From Monocercomonoides exilis PA203 (taxonomy: Eukaryota; Protista; Preaxostyla), in the NCBI GenBank assembly GCA_001643675.2, contig LSRY02000005.1, forward strand, positions 1,984,001 to 2,048,000: a stretch of 64,000 nucleotides of DNA, written 5' to 3'. The position numbers and the translations under genes are program-made. Below the pieces are notes generated by a model. The model worked only from the letters and a program-made list of their open reading frames with translations, made no database searches and had not been told where the DNA came from. This document shows positions 25,901 to 38,904 of the stretch, one piece after another. Position 1 is the stretch's first letter; each line of letters starts with the position of its first letter.

Positions 25901-28900
25901 TCTGCGGTGTATTCACGTGCCTCACATGAGACGATGCTGCAGGATTCGCGGTCAGTTGTGTCGAGGAATTCACAGTCTGTTTTTTCGAGTTCGTCGTTTC
26001 TGACGATGGGGTCTGCGCGTGTGCTTGCGGGGGGTGCAGCAGAAGTTGTGCCAACACAAGGAAATCTGCAGAGGAGTGCTCAGATGAGACAGGAGCAGCT
26101 GCTCACTGCAGAAGCAAAGAGGGAGCTGATGATCCTGAACAGCATCATCAATCGACTTAAAGCACTGATAGATGCATCGAAAGTGCTGTATCTATCGCTC
26201 ACACAACATGAGCTGTACTTTCTGTGGCTGAAGCACATTGGCGAGTTCGAGAACAGAAGGCCGCTGAGGGCGTGGAGGGACAACTGGGTGCGGTGCATTG
26301 AGAAGATCCGGCGGTGGAACGAGAGGTTCAGCGAGTCTATCCACAAGAAGCGGAGTGCAGTGAGGAGGATGGCGCGGAATGCAGAGCGGAGGAGAAGGGC
26401 TGAAGAGAATGCACAGAAGAGCATGATGGAGCAGCAGCGGCAGACACAGAGGAGACAAAGCACGAGTGGTGGCAGTGTTGTGGGTGTGGAGCAGGACGAG
26501 GAGGATATTGCTCCGGTTGAGCTGCCAGACGATTTGGGCGCTACAAGCATGGCTCCAGGCGAACCACCATTCAACGTGGCTGAGCAGAACAGAAGAGACA
26601 GAGGTGACAGAAGAAGCGAGGTGATGCGATCAATCAATGCAAACAGCAGCAGCAGTAGTAGCAGTAGCAGCAGTGGCAGTAATAGCAGGAATAGCAATGC
26701 TATGCAGAATGACTCCAGCCAGCACAACACCAACAGAAGGAAGCGACAGGAGCAGATGGTATCTGCGAAGATGTTGGAGAAGATCCAGAGCGATTTGGAT
26801 GAGATGCTCAAGTTCGATTTGGATGTGGCTGATCTGAATGTGGCTGAGCAGAGGAGTCAGTGGGAGGCAGGCGAAAGAGACATGTTCTTCACAGCAGAGG
26901 AGGAGGATGTGGAAGAATGGGAAAGTACAATGGAAGAGCTCAACAGCACCGAAGATCCAGTGGAGAGGGAGCTGTTTGATGAAGACGACAATGAGTGGCT
27001 GTGGAAGAAGCTTTTGGATTCTCTTCCTTCAAGAGCATCCACTTCTACTTCTGCTTCAGCTTCTTCCTCCTCCTCTTCTTCTTCTCTTTCCTCCAGTCAG
27101 CGATCTGCCCTAACTCCACCTCGTGTCTCATCAGACTCGCAGTTCACACCCAGATATAGACAGCTCCGCCGGATGTATCTGGCGATAGACAAGTACGAAG
27201 ACCTGTGGGACGACTTCTCTTCCACTCTGCGCTGTTTGTGGCCGTCTCAGTCAGCCACGGCAGATGAGAATGTCGTCAGAAGGCCCCGTCTCCCTCCACT
27301 CGGCGCAGCAGCTGCAGATGCACAGGCACAGGCACAGATGATGATGGCATCAACAGGACAGCAGTTTCCTCAGTCTGCATCTGCATCTGCGTCTTCATCT
27401 GCTTCCTCCTCCTCCTCCTCTTCTTCTTCACCCATGACAGCTGCACCCCATCTCACCAGACACCATGTTCGCCATCTTGTCGAGCATGCACTGAAGCCAG
27501 TCAAACAGACCCCCAAAAAAGTGCGCAGCTGTCTGCCATCACGTGTGATGCACCCTTTCCACTCACCCCATGCTCCCCTTGTTCCCTGCAACAGAGGCTG
27601 CTGCTGTGTGGGGCTCTTCCACTCCTGGCAGATGACATACCGTGTCATGCTCCACAACAAGCACCACCGCTTCTTCCCAACCACAAACGGAACAGCTGCA
27701 TCAACCACAAGACAGGAGGTGCTGCATGTGCTGAAGGGAGAAGGTGCTCCTGTACTGACAGAAGAACAGCGGCTGAGGATGTCCCGCATTGTCGATCTGC
27801 GCATTTCGCAGAAGATGCTCATTGAAGAGGAGAAGCTGAAGTCTCTGGTGAACGAGCTGGAGCAAGTCAAGCGGTCGCAGATGGACATCGAGTTCCAAGC
27901 GAGCCAGGCAGCTTTCTTTGAGCAGCAGATTGCGCTGCAGCAAGAGCGCATTCTGCTCCAGAGGCAGATCCACCAGTCACAGCTGTCGCTCTGCCAGCTC
28001 TACAGACACCGCACCCTCCTCAGCCGTCGCCCCTTCTTCTGCTCCTCGGCCACTGCTGCATTCGGTGCACACAACACCTTCTTCGACCCAACACTCCCTG
28101 TCTTCAGCTTCGGCCGCTTCACTCTCCCAAACTCGCCTTGCTTCGAGTTCCGTGATGTGTCCATTCCTGTGCCGCTGGAGCCGCTCTTCGCGAAGGACGA
28201 GAGTGGAAGAGTGAGAGCATCGCCAATTCTGCTGACGAAGACTAAGGAGATGATTGCACACAGACTGACCACAAGGCAGAAGGGAGACCATGCCCCCACG
28301 TTCACCTTCAAAGACCTCGGGACGCTGCTCGGCGCTGCGATGGAGCATTACACTCAACCTCATTTTCGTGCGATGGAGAAGTTTGATGTGCACTTTGGGG
28401 AAGGATGGCGAGGAGGAAGGGCTGTTGTGTCGATGTCTGACTGGATGGGACAACCGCCTCCAAACAGCAGCAGCACCAATGCTCTCAGCGCTTCCTCCTC
28501 TTCCTCCTTCTCTTCTTCATCCAGCAGTCTTCTCCCGCCTGACCAAGGTGTGCTGAACGAGTGGCGGAACTTCCACGGGCTGCTTGTGATTGGCGACATA
28601 CACGGCAACTTCCTCGCTCTGCAGCGCATTCTGACTGTTGTCGATGAAGTGCTGTCGTGTCCAGCAGGCAGAGGGAAAGTGGTGTTTTTGGGTGATTACG
28701 TGGACCGTGGGAAAGAATCGATTGAGTGCCTGGCGCTGGTGCTGCTGTACCGCCTGGCGTATCCTGAGCGTGTGGTGCTGCTGAGAGGCAACCACGAGTC
28801 GCACACGTCGGTTGAATACAAACAGGTCAACAGCCGTCTGATGAAGATATACCCAGGATACCAGTCAGCCTTCAGGCCATACCCAGTGATGGTGAATGGG

Positions 28901-29884
28901 ATGCGTGTCTATCATCACCCGCTCTTCGTGATGATGCTGCAGCTGTGGCGCACGCTCCCTCTCGTGGCTGTGGCTACGCTGTGTTACCATCCGCCTGTCC
29001 CGCACATTCCTGCCCTGCCTCCGCACAAAGACATCAGTCATTTACTCACTCATTCACTGATGGCTGCTAGTCCTGTTCCTGTGAATCCAATGAGCTCTGC
29101 TTCTGCCTCTGCTTCTGCCTCTGCTTCTGCCTCTGCTTCTGCATCTTCATCACCTTTGTTCTCTCCTCCTTCTTCAGTGCTGCTGCCTGCTTCCTCTCCA
29201 AGTACTGGCAGTGTTATACACAATCCATCACCTTCTTTGAATTCTGTCAATTCATCTTCCTCCTCTTCTCCTTCTTCCTCTGTTTTGTATCAGAACAGCT
29301 ACCCTCTTCCCTTTTATGTTCCCTCTCATCGTGTTTCTCTGCTATTCACTTTGGCTCACCCAATAGGCACTCATCCAATTCCAAGCGATATCTTTTCTGG
29401 CCCTTTGACAGCAGTTGATGGAGCTCATATGGACATCTCTTCTGAAAGTGTCAGTCCAAACAACCTGATGGCGAAGTCGAAACGAAGCGCGGATGACAGA
29501 AAAGCTGTTGAGGACGAAGAAAACAGAGCGAGGAAGGCGAGGCTGCTGAAGAAGAGGAGGAAGAAGATGGAGAAAGAGAAAGAGAAGAATAAAGGGAAAA
29601 TCACACAAATTGAGCAGCGCCAAAGATTGCTGGAAAGAAGGAAGAAGAAAGTAATGCACTCGTTTTACTACTCTTCCACAAAAGAAGACAAATTTTATGA
29701 CTCACAAAGTGAAGAAGATGATGACGACGACGAAGATGATGACTCCGATGAAGAAAGCGATGTTTCCCTTCAGATTGTGAAGGAGAAGATTTCTTCGCTG
29801 GAAATCCAAAACTCTTCAAAGAATTCCGAAACAGCCTCATCTTCGATGGATTCTTCATTTCCCTCTTCTTCTTCTTCATCATCA

Positions 29885-29919
<35 letters not shown>

Positions 29920-32900
29920 TTCATCTCTCCTTTCCAGCACCTATCCTGACCGACCACGATCCGCCAACCCGTTTTCCTCTGCTTCCGCATCAATGAGTGC
30001 AGGTGTTATTGAAAGTGATGCTGTGTATGAAGGAGGCATATCTTCAATGTCCAGAGACAACAACGACGGCAACGACAGCGAGGTGGCCAGCCAACGATCA
30101 GTTGCCTCTTACTCCTCTGTATCATCTGTAAGGCATCTGCCTGAATACTCCATCGAGCACGACAGCGAAGCGGTGCATATCAGTACAGAAGGCGAATACA
30201 ATCCAGCTGGAGAAGGTGAAGACAGCACAAACATATGGCCACCATTCAAATCATCTGCGTGTGTCTGTCCGTGTGATGCTGCTCCGATGGCACTTAACCG
30301 AACACCCGGAGCTTTTGTGTGTGAGAGTGAGATGCAGCGGATGAAGGCGCTGTTTGAGACGTGCTCGCCAAACTCTCCTCTTTTTGGGTGTCAGTCAAAA
30401 CATCTGCATTCTTCGAGAGATTCACATGCGCTTTCTCAGCCTCGCTTTGTCTCGAACTGCCACAGATGCCATGTCTGCAATCAATGCTCTCTCCACTCGC
30501 GTCCTTCGGCCCCTGCAAACTTCTGCAGCTGCAAGTGCCACAAAGCATTGCATTCTCCTTCTTCTCCTTTCCATTCACCTGCTTCTTCGTCTTCTTCTTC
30601 CTCCTCTTTGTCTTTTATGTCAAAACCTTCAGTCGCACAGTTTCTGACAAAGTTGTCAAATCCTTCTCATTCTGCTCCGCCTCCATCTCCTTCTGATGCA
30701 AATTATGGATTTCTGAGTGTTTCTACTGATGGCAGGATTATTCTGAGTGCTCAATCAGAAAGATCGTTCAAGTGTGCTGAATGGAAAAGAGACAGACACA
30801 ATTCGCTTTATGACAACAACAGAAGAGCCAAAGAAAGAAACCATGAAGCAGACAATGAAGAGAATCCAAAGGGAATGATGGAGGAGATCTACAGTGACAG
30901 AACCCGAAGGGCAGATGAGTATGCAAATGCAAACGAGATGAATGACACAGAAGATGACAGTGACGACGACAACAGCAGCACCGGCCTCTCTCTCATCAGC
31001 CGCACGTCTTCTGACTTGGCGTCTGTTGCATCTGAGAGAATGAAGATTTCACCAGATGTCTTTCAGCAAATGCAGACATTCAACACCTCTTCTTCCATGC
31101 AACCTCAACAGATTTCAAACCAGAATAAACCACTTCCCAGCCCGAAGTCATCGTCAGCTCCGCCTGTTTCTATCCAGGAGCCATTCACAATCATCAACAC
31201 ACACGCAAGTCAATCTCCTCAACCAGCTGCATCGTTTGATACAGGAGACGCGCTGAAGCAGAATTCTCTCTTTTTGACGCCTCCTTCATCGCCAAGCGCA
31301 TTGGGTCAGTTGCGCCAGCTGTCTCCACCTCCCTTTGGCAACAGTGCATTTGGTGATAATACCGTGCCTTCAGTGGTTGAAGAGGCACAACCTGCACATT
31401 CAATCTATTCACAAATGCGCTCCTATCAGAACAGCATGAAGATGAGCAAAGAAGATCCAAGCAAGTTTTTCCCGACAAAGAAAATGCGAATGTTCTCAAT
31501 ATTCCGTCCAGTGAAGAAGGAGATTATGAATTCAGAAGATCATCAGATGGAGATGGAGTCAGAAATGGATGCAAATCCAGACGGCTTCGGCGGAATGGAC
31601 GAGGAGGAGAGTGCGTTTAATCTGCGCAAGCAGGAAATTGGGCAGGATGCTCAACTTCAAACATCGTCATTGTCATCTTTATTGACTCAGTTCGCATCAG
31701 TTTTGTACACTTGCAGTTTCACAGCTTGTCAAGAACAGCAAGAGAATTCTTGGTATGAAGTTGAAGGAAGCAATCAGAAAGTGTCACTGAAGCTGATTCA
31801 ACCTGAAGGTTCAACATTGAATATTCAAAATCAAACAACACTTCAACCACAACAACAGCAGCAACCACCCCAACAGAACATGACAGCAATCAATGCTCTT
31901 CCTTCATCTTCAGCACCTCAACAGACCAATCTCTTTTCTCTCACCGCAAACAGTACATCATTCATTTCCCCTCTTCTTCCCCCACTCCCTCCGCTTCCCC
32001 CAGTTCCTCGTGTCGAAAAGCGCAGAGTTATTCTTCTCCACGGAGGTGTCTCTCCGATGCTGCCCACGCCAGTCATCGAGAACGAGGCAGGGCATCTCGT
32101 CCCGCGCGACTACACCGACCTGCTCCGGATGAACATGCAGCGTGGCCAACCAGCTGTCCTGCGCAATCTCCGCACAAGAGAACTGGATCTGAACATGTCA
32201 ACACTCTGGGGAGACCCCGGGGACATCGACAACTTCGACTCTGCACGCCCACCTTTCTCGCTGGAGACAACAAAGCGCTTTCTGCAGAAGAACAGGGCTG
32301 ATCTGGTTATCCGAGGGCATCTCAGCCCCATCCAAGGAAACTATGTGCATCATGAAGGAAAGCTGCTAACGTGCTTTTCGTGCCCTGATTACTACAGATC
32401 ACCTTCACTTGGCACACTGATGCTACTGAAGCTGACTCTGCCTCCACAACAGAAGGAGGAGGAGAGAGAAAGAGAAGAGGAGATACGTGGACTGGGAGAC
32501 GATGAAGTTATGTGCAGGATGGCAGATGCAGCACATCTGGCGCTTGCGATGGTACTGGAAAAAGAAGACGAAGACTTCTATCAGCGGAGAAATCTGGACA
32601 TTTCCAGTGGGCTAATTGACCCTGTTCTTGCTCCACCTCCACCACCAGTGAGCAAAATGGGGCGTGTGCCAATTGATATCGAAGGTCTGCAGATGGATCG
32701 AGGACGGATTCTTGCTGCGGGGAAGCAGTGGAACAAGTTCAAGCGAAAGGGGCTGGGTGATGCGATTCTGAGTGAAGATGTGGTTGGGAGGCTGGCAGAA
32801 GAGCAGAGAGACAGTAGACACCCGATGAATGTTCCGAAGCCGATGACGTTTCCCCGTGTGGAGCAGCCGACGCCTCTCTTCACGATTGACTACTTGAAGC

Positions 32901-33430
32901 TGGACACGAGGCAGCACGAGCGCCCAACAACTGCGGAGAACTACGAGATCATTCGCAGTTTGGGCGAGGCGAACAGGAACAGAATGAACAAAAGGCATCA
33001 GGACACGAGTGAGGTGATTGCTGCGCTTCATCCACAGATCGTTGCGAAGGCGAATGAATATCTGACAGCAGACGTAGTCTTAGATGCATTTAGACAGAAG
33101 ACCAGACAAGAACACTTTGCTCGCCCGATGCCTGGTGCAGCTGTTGTGCCTGTTGCTTCTCTCACATCTTCTGTGGAATGCCTCATTACAAACAGCACCA
33201 TTGCACTTGGTGGAGACCGCTTCCTCTCAACTCAGGCTGTGCTTTCTGTCAAACAGTATCTGGCGAATCAGCTGCTGAATGTGGATGGAATCAAACAGGC
33301 TCTTTTATTCCTTCAAATACAAGGCGAGTCAATCAGTCGAACGGAAATGGAGTATCTTCACTTCGTGGTGCACGAAGCAGTTCGAAAGGTGCTCCAATCT
33401 GATCTATTTATTTCTTCATTTGCGCGTTAG
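22964..33430 (+). CDS. Giant (3488 aa) PPP-family Ser/Thr protein phosphatase-domain protein
   Basis: One uninterrupted ORF with GDIHG (28592), GDYVDRG (28691), LRGNHE (~28786), HGG (32039), LWGDP, IRGH (32312) and FSCPDY (~32378, equivalent to SAPNY). Confidence 0.88.
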
Positions 33431-34049
33431 CATCTCCATTCGCGCTAGTTTTAATCTTTTTGTTTTACAACTTCGAAATTTTTAATTTTTGTTTGCAATT
33501 TCTAATTAAAGTTAAAGTTTATTTTCAAGGTTTAATGGAAAAGAGCTTTGTTTATGTATTGTTAATGTGAAATAATAAAAAAAAATATTAATATTTTTAA
33601 TGTGTCTTTATATCTTTTGATTAACTTTCGCGGAACATATGCCCATGCTTCAATGTCAACTCAAACTGTGGGGAAAAGAAAAAATATTGATCGAAAATGA
33701 AAGAAACAAGAGCATTAATCGTGAAAGAAAAAAAACAAATTCAAAATTTAACGAATGAAAAGTATAAAAAAAAAGGTTTTATTTTGTTGTTGAAAATAAA
33801 GTTTTCAGAAAAAGAAAACAGAGCACAAGGCTCTTCAAACATTGCCCTTTAAAAGAGCTATCGAATTTTTTTCTCATCATGTAACTGTCAACAACAATTT
33901 CAGCATTATCCTTTTCAAAATCAAACCTGATAAGCAAATTCCTTTTGTGTTCAAAATAAGAAACACTACTTCAACGGGGACAATTGTAAACAAAAGTGAA
34001 AGCAAGCATTGAAAAGATCTTTACTGAATGCTTCATCTTTGAACAAGGT

Positions 34050-34830
34050 AAAACATTTGCGCAAAAGCATAATTTGCATCCAAAGAATGGAATTTTGTGC
34101 ACTAGAACGCAATCATTAAAAACAACCACATATAAATGTTGCAACAGCAATGTAATTACTTTCACTCAAAAGAAAAATGCTCCTCAAAAAATAATATCTC
34201 TCCTCAGCGACCTAAAGTTAGACAGTCTCCACTGGAAAGAAAATATCCCAATTATCTTCTTTAAAAGCATCGTTGTCCATATAATCCTTCTTGGCCGAAG
34301 AATTCGCAGATTAATTTTGCTTCAACAATTACATCACAACACTTCCTAGCAAGCCTTCATTGATGCATTTCCCTTTTTCAGAGAAAAAAAGGTATTTTTA
34401 CACCAACAAAATTGTTCATTAGCAAGTGCATGCACTTAACTGTTAACCAAAAAATATCCCACGTTTGAAGGATAACTTCAATTAATTCAACATTCAGGAA
34501 AGAGAACAACTGCATTAAAGAATTGGGATTTTCTTCCCTCAAGGAAAAATTCTTCATCATCAGAGAAAATTTTTCTTGATTGATACTATATATTTGCATA
34601 CAAATTATGAACTTAAAAAATATAACATTTGAGAAAATGAAAAAATATGTTTATGAAATTCAATAAAATGAAAGCATTCAGATCAATTTGAAAAAAATAA
34701 GCAATGTGCAGTGATATATAAAACAATAGTAACCATGAACTATTATTCTTTTGAAGCACTGTTATTGTTCTTTTTTCCATTGCTCTTTAATTACGATTTA
34801 AATCGATATTAAATCACAATAGATTACAAT
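34050..34830 (+). mobile_element. Possible decayed Helitron-like RepHel N-terminal fragment
   Basis: Motifs occur in the expected order across stops and frameshifts: C..ER, KCCNSNVI..NAPQKIISLL..DSLHWKENI, TFR-x-EQLH*RIGIFFP, LYI..TNYEL, N..AVIYK, DLNRY. Compare the remembered Helitron consensus CC..GKV.L...PP..L..LL...S.HF..NIR, FRI.GQ.YHRIGSLLP, QLYIYDT.NE, NPY...YK, D.RRYN. Confidence 0.4.
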
Positions 34831-35080
34831 GGGTTTAAAAATTATTTTGCTTTTTTTCAAAAAAATACCTTTGAATTTTGATGATGAATCTTTTATTATT
34901 ATTTTCGAGGTGTCTGTGAAAAGAGAAACAGAAAATACAGAAAAAAATGAATAATGAATCTCAAAAAATATTTTGAAGAATTAAAATTCATTCAAAAAAA
35001 TGAGGAAAAAAATTGGATAATGTCACAAAAAGCTCATCTTCACAAGCTCATCAAAATATAAGTTGTGCTGATTTTATATT

Positions 35081-35262
35081 GTGTGCTAAGGCTTGAACAT
35101 GTGCTCACTGCATGAAAAGTGCTCAGAAATGAGTCACCTCCACATAGTGGGCCAAGCATAATGCTCCATGTGAAAGTATCTTAGCTTAGATCTTCGCTGC
35201 TTGCCAAGAGAGACTATCCATCTTTACAAGGATATCACTTTGGTTAAAGCAGCATACACATG
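35081..35262 (+). ncRNA. Candidate structured non-coding RNA of unassigned family
   Basis: GC-richer island in AT-rich intergenic DNA with nested stems: GCTAAG/CTTAGC, GCTTG/CAAGC, CTCA-GAAA-TGAG, CCAC/GTGG, ATGCT/AGTAT, and a long 3' hairpin GCTGCTT..AAGCAGC followed by ATACACA. G-U pairs and the GAAA tetraloop favour the + strand. Confidence 0.5.
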
Positions 35263-35661
35263 ATCGACTTTCAAAAATCAACTTTTGTATTGAAACATAC
35301 TTTTATTAATACTTTTTCAATATGAATGGATCCAAGGCTGATCCCTCGATCATTTGTGCTTTCTTTTATAATTATTGGAACGCAACACACAAAAACTTTA
35401 AGATCAAAAACAACTATTGTTTTGGAATCAAGACTTTCTCATCTTAACATTTCAATTTATTGATCTAACCATTTTTTGGAATTTGATTGTTCCCAAAAAC
35501 GAAAAAATAAATTGGCAAATCCAAATAATATCTACAAAGTTAATGCTTTTTAAAGGGATATAATTCTTTTAATATCAGTTATGAAATGAAATCATATTGT
35601 GAAATGAGAAAAATTATTTCCGTAAATATTGAAAAAATTGGAACAAATATTTTCATTTTGT

Positions 35662-38600
35662 TCATTTGCGCCATTTTTTCTTTTTCTGTTTTATTTGCTT
35701 TTCGCTTGAAAGAGCTCCATCTGCAGAGTGGAGACCAACCGAAGAAGAAAGCTGGCGACTCCGAAGAAGGGCGAGAAGAGAAGCAGGATTTGCTGTTGGG
35801 AAGCGAAGAGACACCTCTGAGGAATAAGTGAATTATTAGGAAGAAACAACACATAAGAATAAAAACATAATCATTGAAATAATAATTTGTGAAGAAATAC
35901 AAATATTTAAAATTAAATAAAATAAAATAAAAAAAATAAAATTATTAAGATGTTATTATTAATATTCAAAAATAGATATAAACAATAACAGATTTCATCA
36001 TCATTATCATCGTCATCATCAACATTAAACACACCTCGTGGAAGTATTGGCCTGCTGTTGAGTGTGTCCAGCTTCTCCTGCAAGCTCCTTCTTTTCTTGT
36101 TGATTTGCGCATTCTGTCTGCTTTCTTCAATAAGCCTGTCATCCTCCCTCAGCATCTCATCAAAGCTCAGCTTCTTCTTCTTGTTCTTCTTCTTCTTGTT
36201 GCCTTCCTCGTTCTTCTTTCTGTTCTCTTTGATTTCCCTCTTCATCTTCAAGAACTTCAGCGCCCTTTCTTTCTCATCATCACTGATGTCTGCCTCTTCC
36301 ACATCTCCTTCGCTGAATGAAATGTCATCTGTGTTCGAGTAATCTTCTGAGTCATCCTTCAACAGATCATCATCTTCTATTATGTTGGAATCCACATCAT
36401 CATCATCATCATCATCATCATCGACCCCTCTCTTCCTCTTGTTCTTCTTGTTCTTCTTGTCTTTCTTCATCTTCTTTATCTTCTTCTTCCTCATCGAGCC
36501 ATCTTCTTCATCTTCTTCATCGTCTCCTTCACTTCCTTCCTCTTCTGCCTTCTCCAGTATCTTCTCCTGCTGCTTCCATTTCTCCTCTCTCTTCTTCTTC
36601 CTCTCTCTCTCGTCTTCTCTCGCCATCAGCCTCGCCACTTCTGCCCTCTGCCTGATCACATTCATCACAGAGGCATCGATCAGAAACTGCTTCATCACTT
36701 TCTCTTTCGGTGCGGAGTCAGAAGAAAAAGAAGAACGAGAATTGGGTGTTTGCTTCTGCTCTATTGCTGCTCTGATTTTGTTGAAGCGCTTTTCTTCAGA
36801 AGGAGACACCAAACAAAGAGAAAGACCTTCACTGCCTGCTCTTCCTGTTCTGCCTGACCGATGAATATAGAGCTGATGAGGAGTCATTGAAGGGGGAAAA
36901 ACAGAGAGAAAGTCAAAAAATAAATGAATAAGTTCAAGAAATCAAATAAAGATTGACAGAAAAGCAATAAAAATTAAATAAAATATATTTAAATAATGAA
37001 AAATGAATGAAAAGCGCAAAATTAATTTCATAGAAAAAAAGCAATACCTCGACAGAATGAGGAGTGTGGTAGTGCACAACATGCTGAATGCCTTCCACAT
37101 CAATTCCTCTTGACACAACATCAGACACAACCAGCACAATCCCTTTCCCATCATTCGTCTTCTTCACTCCTCCTTCCTCTTTTTCTTCCTCTTCCTCTTC
37201 CTCTTCCTCTTCTCCCTCTCTCTTCCCTCCCTTCCCTCTCTTCCCTCTCTTTCCCCTCCCCTTCACTTCGATCCCTTTGAACCTGTCCATGTTCTTCAGC
37301 CTCTGCCTCTGCTGCATCTTCGCATGCATCGCATACGCCTCTATCCCCAGCAACCGCAAGTAATCCACAAGAAACTTGATTTCCCCCACAAAGTTCACAA
37401 ACACAATCGTCTTCGTGTTTCGCCCGAAGCGCAGCAAGAAATACGCCAGCATCACATCTTTCTCCTTCTCTGCGCAGAAGTAGAAGCGGTGCACAAGCTT
37501 GGCTGGGAGCGAAGAAGCAGACAAAGTGACTGGAGAAGAAAGCTTTTCAGAGGCAGATGCTGCTCCTTTGCCTGCTGATTTCTTGGTGTTCTGTGTTTGC
37601 TGGATGGCTGATGCATCAGATGTGAGGTTGACAATAAGTGGCACATTCATAAATGGGAAGAAGGAGAAGAAAACAGGATCAATAGACGCCATCTTCTTCT
37701 TGTTCTTCAGCAGCTCTGGAATGCCGTCAGGGAAGAACGACAAAGACCACTCGATAAACTCGTCTTCTTCTGTCCATATTTCCTCTTCCTCATCCTCCTC
37801 ATCTTCTTCTTCTTCTGAATCGTCTTCATCTTCGTCTTCTCCCTCTCCACTCTTTTTGCCTTCTCTCCTTCTTCTCTCGAACTCTTCCACTTCCTCATCG
37901 TCCAGCTCAATCTCTCCATCGGCTGCTTTGAAGTCGTCTTTCTCACGTCTTCCTCTCCTCCCTTTGTTCCCCCGCTGCTTCAATTTCATTCCCCACAAGC
38001 TCTGCCCTTCTCCATCCTCATCTCCTTCCCTCGCTTTCCTCTGCTTCCTTCTGTTCTGCCCTCTGATCTTCCACCACGGCTTGTCCTTGTTCTTCCCTAT
38101 CATCGCCTTCATCTTCGCCAGCCGCTCTTTCTCTCTCCGTATTTCTGCCACGCTTCCTTCCAGCTTCGTCCGCTGCCGAAGGATCGGAGGCAGCGAAAGT
38201 GTTGCTGAAAACAGAAGCGTCTGAATCAAAACAGGAGCTGGTGGAAGAGCAGGAATGCTGGTTGCTTCGTTATCTTTGGCTGCTTTGCCCTTTTTCTCTT
38301 CTTTCTCTTTCTTCTGCTTGGCAATTTCTTCCTTTCTCTTCATCGCTCTCTCTTTCCTCTTCCACTCTCCCAGCTGTCTTCTTCTGCTCCGCATTTCCGT
38401 CTTCACTCGCCTGATGATTGCGATCAGCTCGTCATAATGTGCCTTCTCAGCCATCCGGTCTGCCTCGTCCACCACAAAGAACTCCAGCCCTTTCAGATCA
38501 GTCAGATGCTCATATGGATTGCGCCCGCGGATGTCATTCAGCGAAGCACCGCCCATTTTGACTGACGGAAAAGATGAAGAGGACGCCAGACGCTTGAGCA

Positions 38601-38860
38601 GCTTCTGCTTTTCGGATTTGCTGATGGAAGAGTTAGATCTTTTTCCTTTCGTTCGTTTGCTGTCGCTGCCATCATCCTCTTCTTCTTCCTCTTCCTCTTC
38701 CTCTTCCTCTTCCTCATCCTCATCCTCATCCTCATCCTCATCCTCATCCTCATCCTCATCCTCATCCTCATCCTCTTCGCCTTCATCGTTGTCATCTTCA
38801 TCATCATCTTCTTCTTCTTCCTCGTCCTCTTCTTCGATTTCGTCTTCCTCATCTTCCTCT

Positions 38861-38904
<44 letters not shown>

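Noticed and set aside
28975-32020. Intein or large intron in the phosphatase
   Set aside because: No intein C-terminal HN followed by C/S/T and no LAGLIDADG motifs. The composition is coding-like and the frame stays open for 3 kb.
35208-35345. U3 snoRNA or U5 snRNA assignment for the structured region
   Set aside because: Only partial resemblance (AGACTAT..CTTT..GGAT, GGCTGA, TCTTTAC). Box B, a proper box C and the invariant U5 loop are missing.
35586-35831. 81-aa + strand ORF with a TM-like segment
   Set aside because: It is antisense to the inferred last exon of DDX24.
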